This document shows, piece by piece, positions 63,511-64,000 of a DNA stretch of 64,000 bases (its first letter is position 1; the number at the start of each line of letters is the position of its first letter). A program made the translations under genes and the position numbers. The DNA is from Rhizaria sp. SCN 62-66 (lineage: Eukaryota): positions 1 through 64,000 of the forward strand of contig MEDY01000297.1 of NCBI GenBank assembly GCA_001724265.1, read 5' to 3'. Under the pieces are notes generated by a model. It ran no database searches and was not told where the DNA came from. It was given only the letters and a program-made list of their open reading frames with translations.

Positions 63511-64000
63511 CTGCGACTGCGGCCAGAGCCGAGAGTGTCAGAGGGACCTGAGATTGTGAGTAGAGTTTAATCATGTTGAGTGTAGAAGCTTAACATTCAG
63601 ACGTAGTCATGGCGATACGAATACATGGCAACACTCTACTTTTGTAAGATTGCAACTTGCGCGCTGCAATTTTTCCCCTTCATAATGAAAACTCTGTATA
63701 TCAGCTGGGTATTTACTTCGACATCCTCCTCTTCCGCACCGTGACAACTATCGTCAAGACTCTCAGCATAATTCTCATGTGCATCTACCTTTCATGGCTG
63801 CACTTGCGTCTTGCAAACCTGTGCAAGTTTTACCTGATAAACCCGAGTGACAGTCATTTCAAGTGCTGCGCGATCATATGTTTCCGCACGCGCATCTGTG
63901 TGTGCGCGCTACACCGCTACACCGCGACGCGACGCGCCAGGTTACGCTGCGCTTGTCATGTGTCACAGACCTACCTATGTGGCGCAAATTGGCAAACAGT

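Noticed and set aside
1083-63574. Many long antisense or alternate-frame ORFs in the track (e.g. 55723-57282, 41682-42650, 49155-50147)
   Set aside because: They are shadows of GC-rich, codon-biased exons and carry no independent motifs.
1-64000. tRNA (including a CUA suppressor), rRNA, CRISPR array or intact transposon
   Set aside because: None recognised by eye. The predicted tRNA(CUA) should be sought with tRNAscan-SE genome-wide.

Overview
Gene-dense nuclear DNA from a eukaryote, most likely a mitochondriate and probably flagellated protist. Exons are GC-rich and the GT-AG introns are short (about 115-245 nt) and AT-rich. I modelled 16 genes by hand plus one orphan ORF: RPL11 3' end, a cNMP-binding/RGS protein, mitochondrial bL9, a ~2830-aa repeat surface protein, a CIPK-like NAF kinase, a KIF12-like kinesin, an SDR, a GNAT-PARG locus, NOB1, a hypothetical protein, TVP23, DPH3, a SNF2 helicase, PepD, a SpoU methyltransferase and GGTase-I beta. 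Main discovery: the window appears to use a non-standard nuclear genetic code in which TAG is a sense codon (most likely Gln) while TAA and TGA remain stops. Seven in-frame TAGs interrupt four otherwise continuous genes, two of them sit at Gln positions of a Q-X repeat, and none of the modelled genes ends in TAG. All family assignments come from motif recognition only; no database searches were run.
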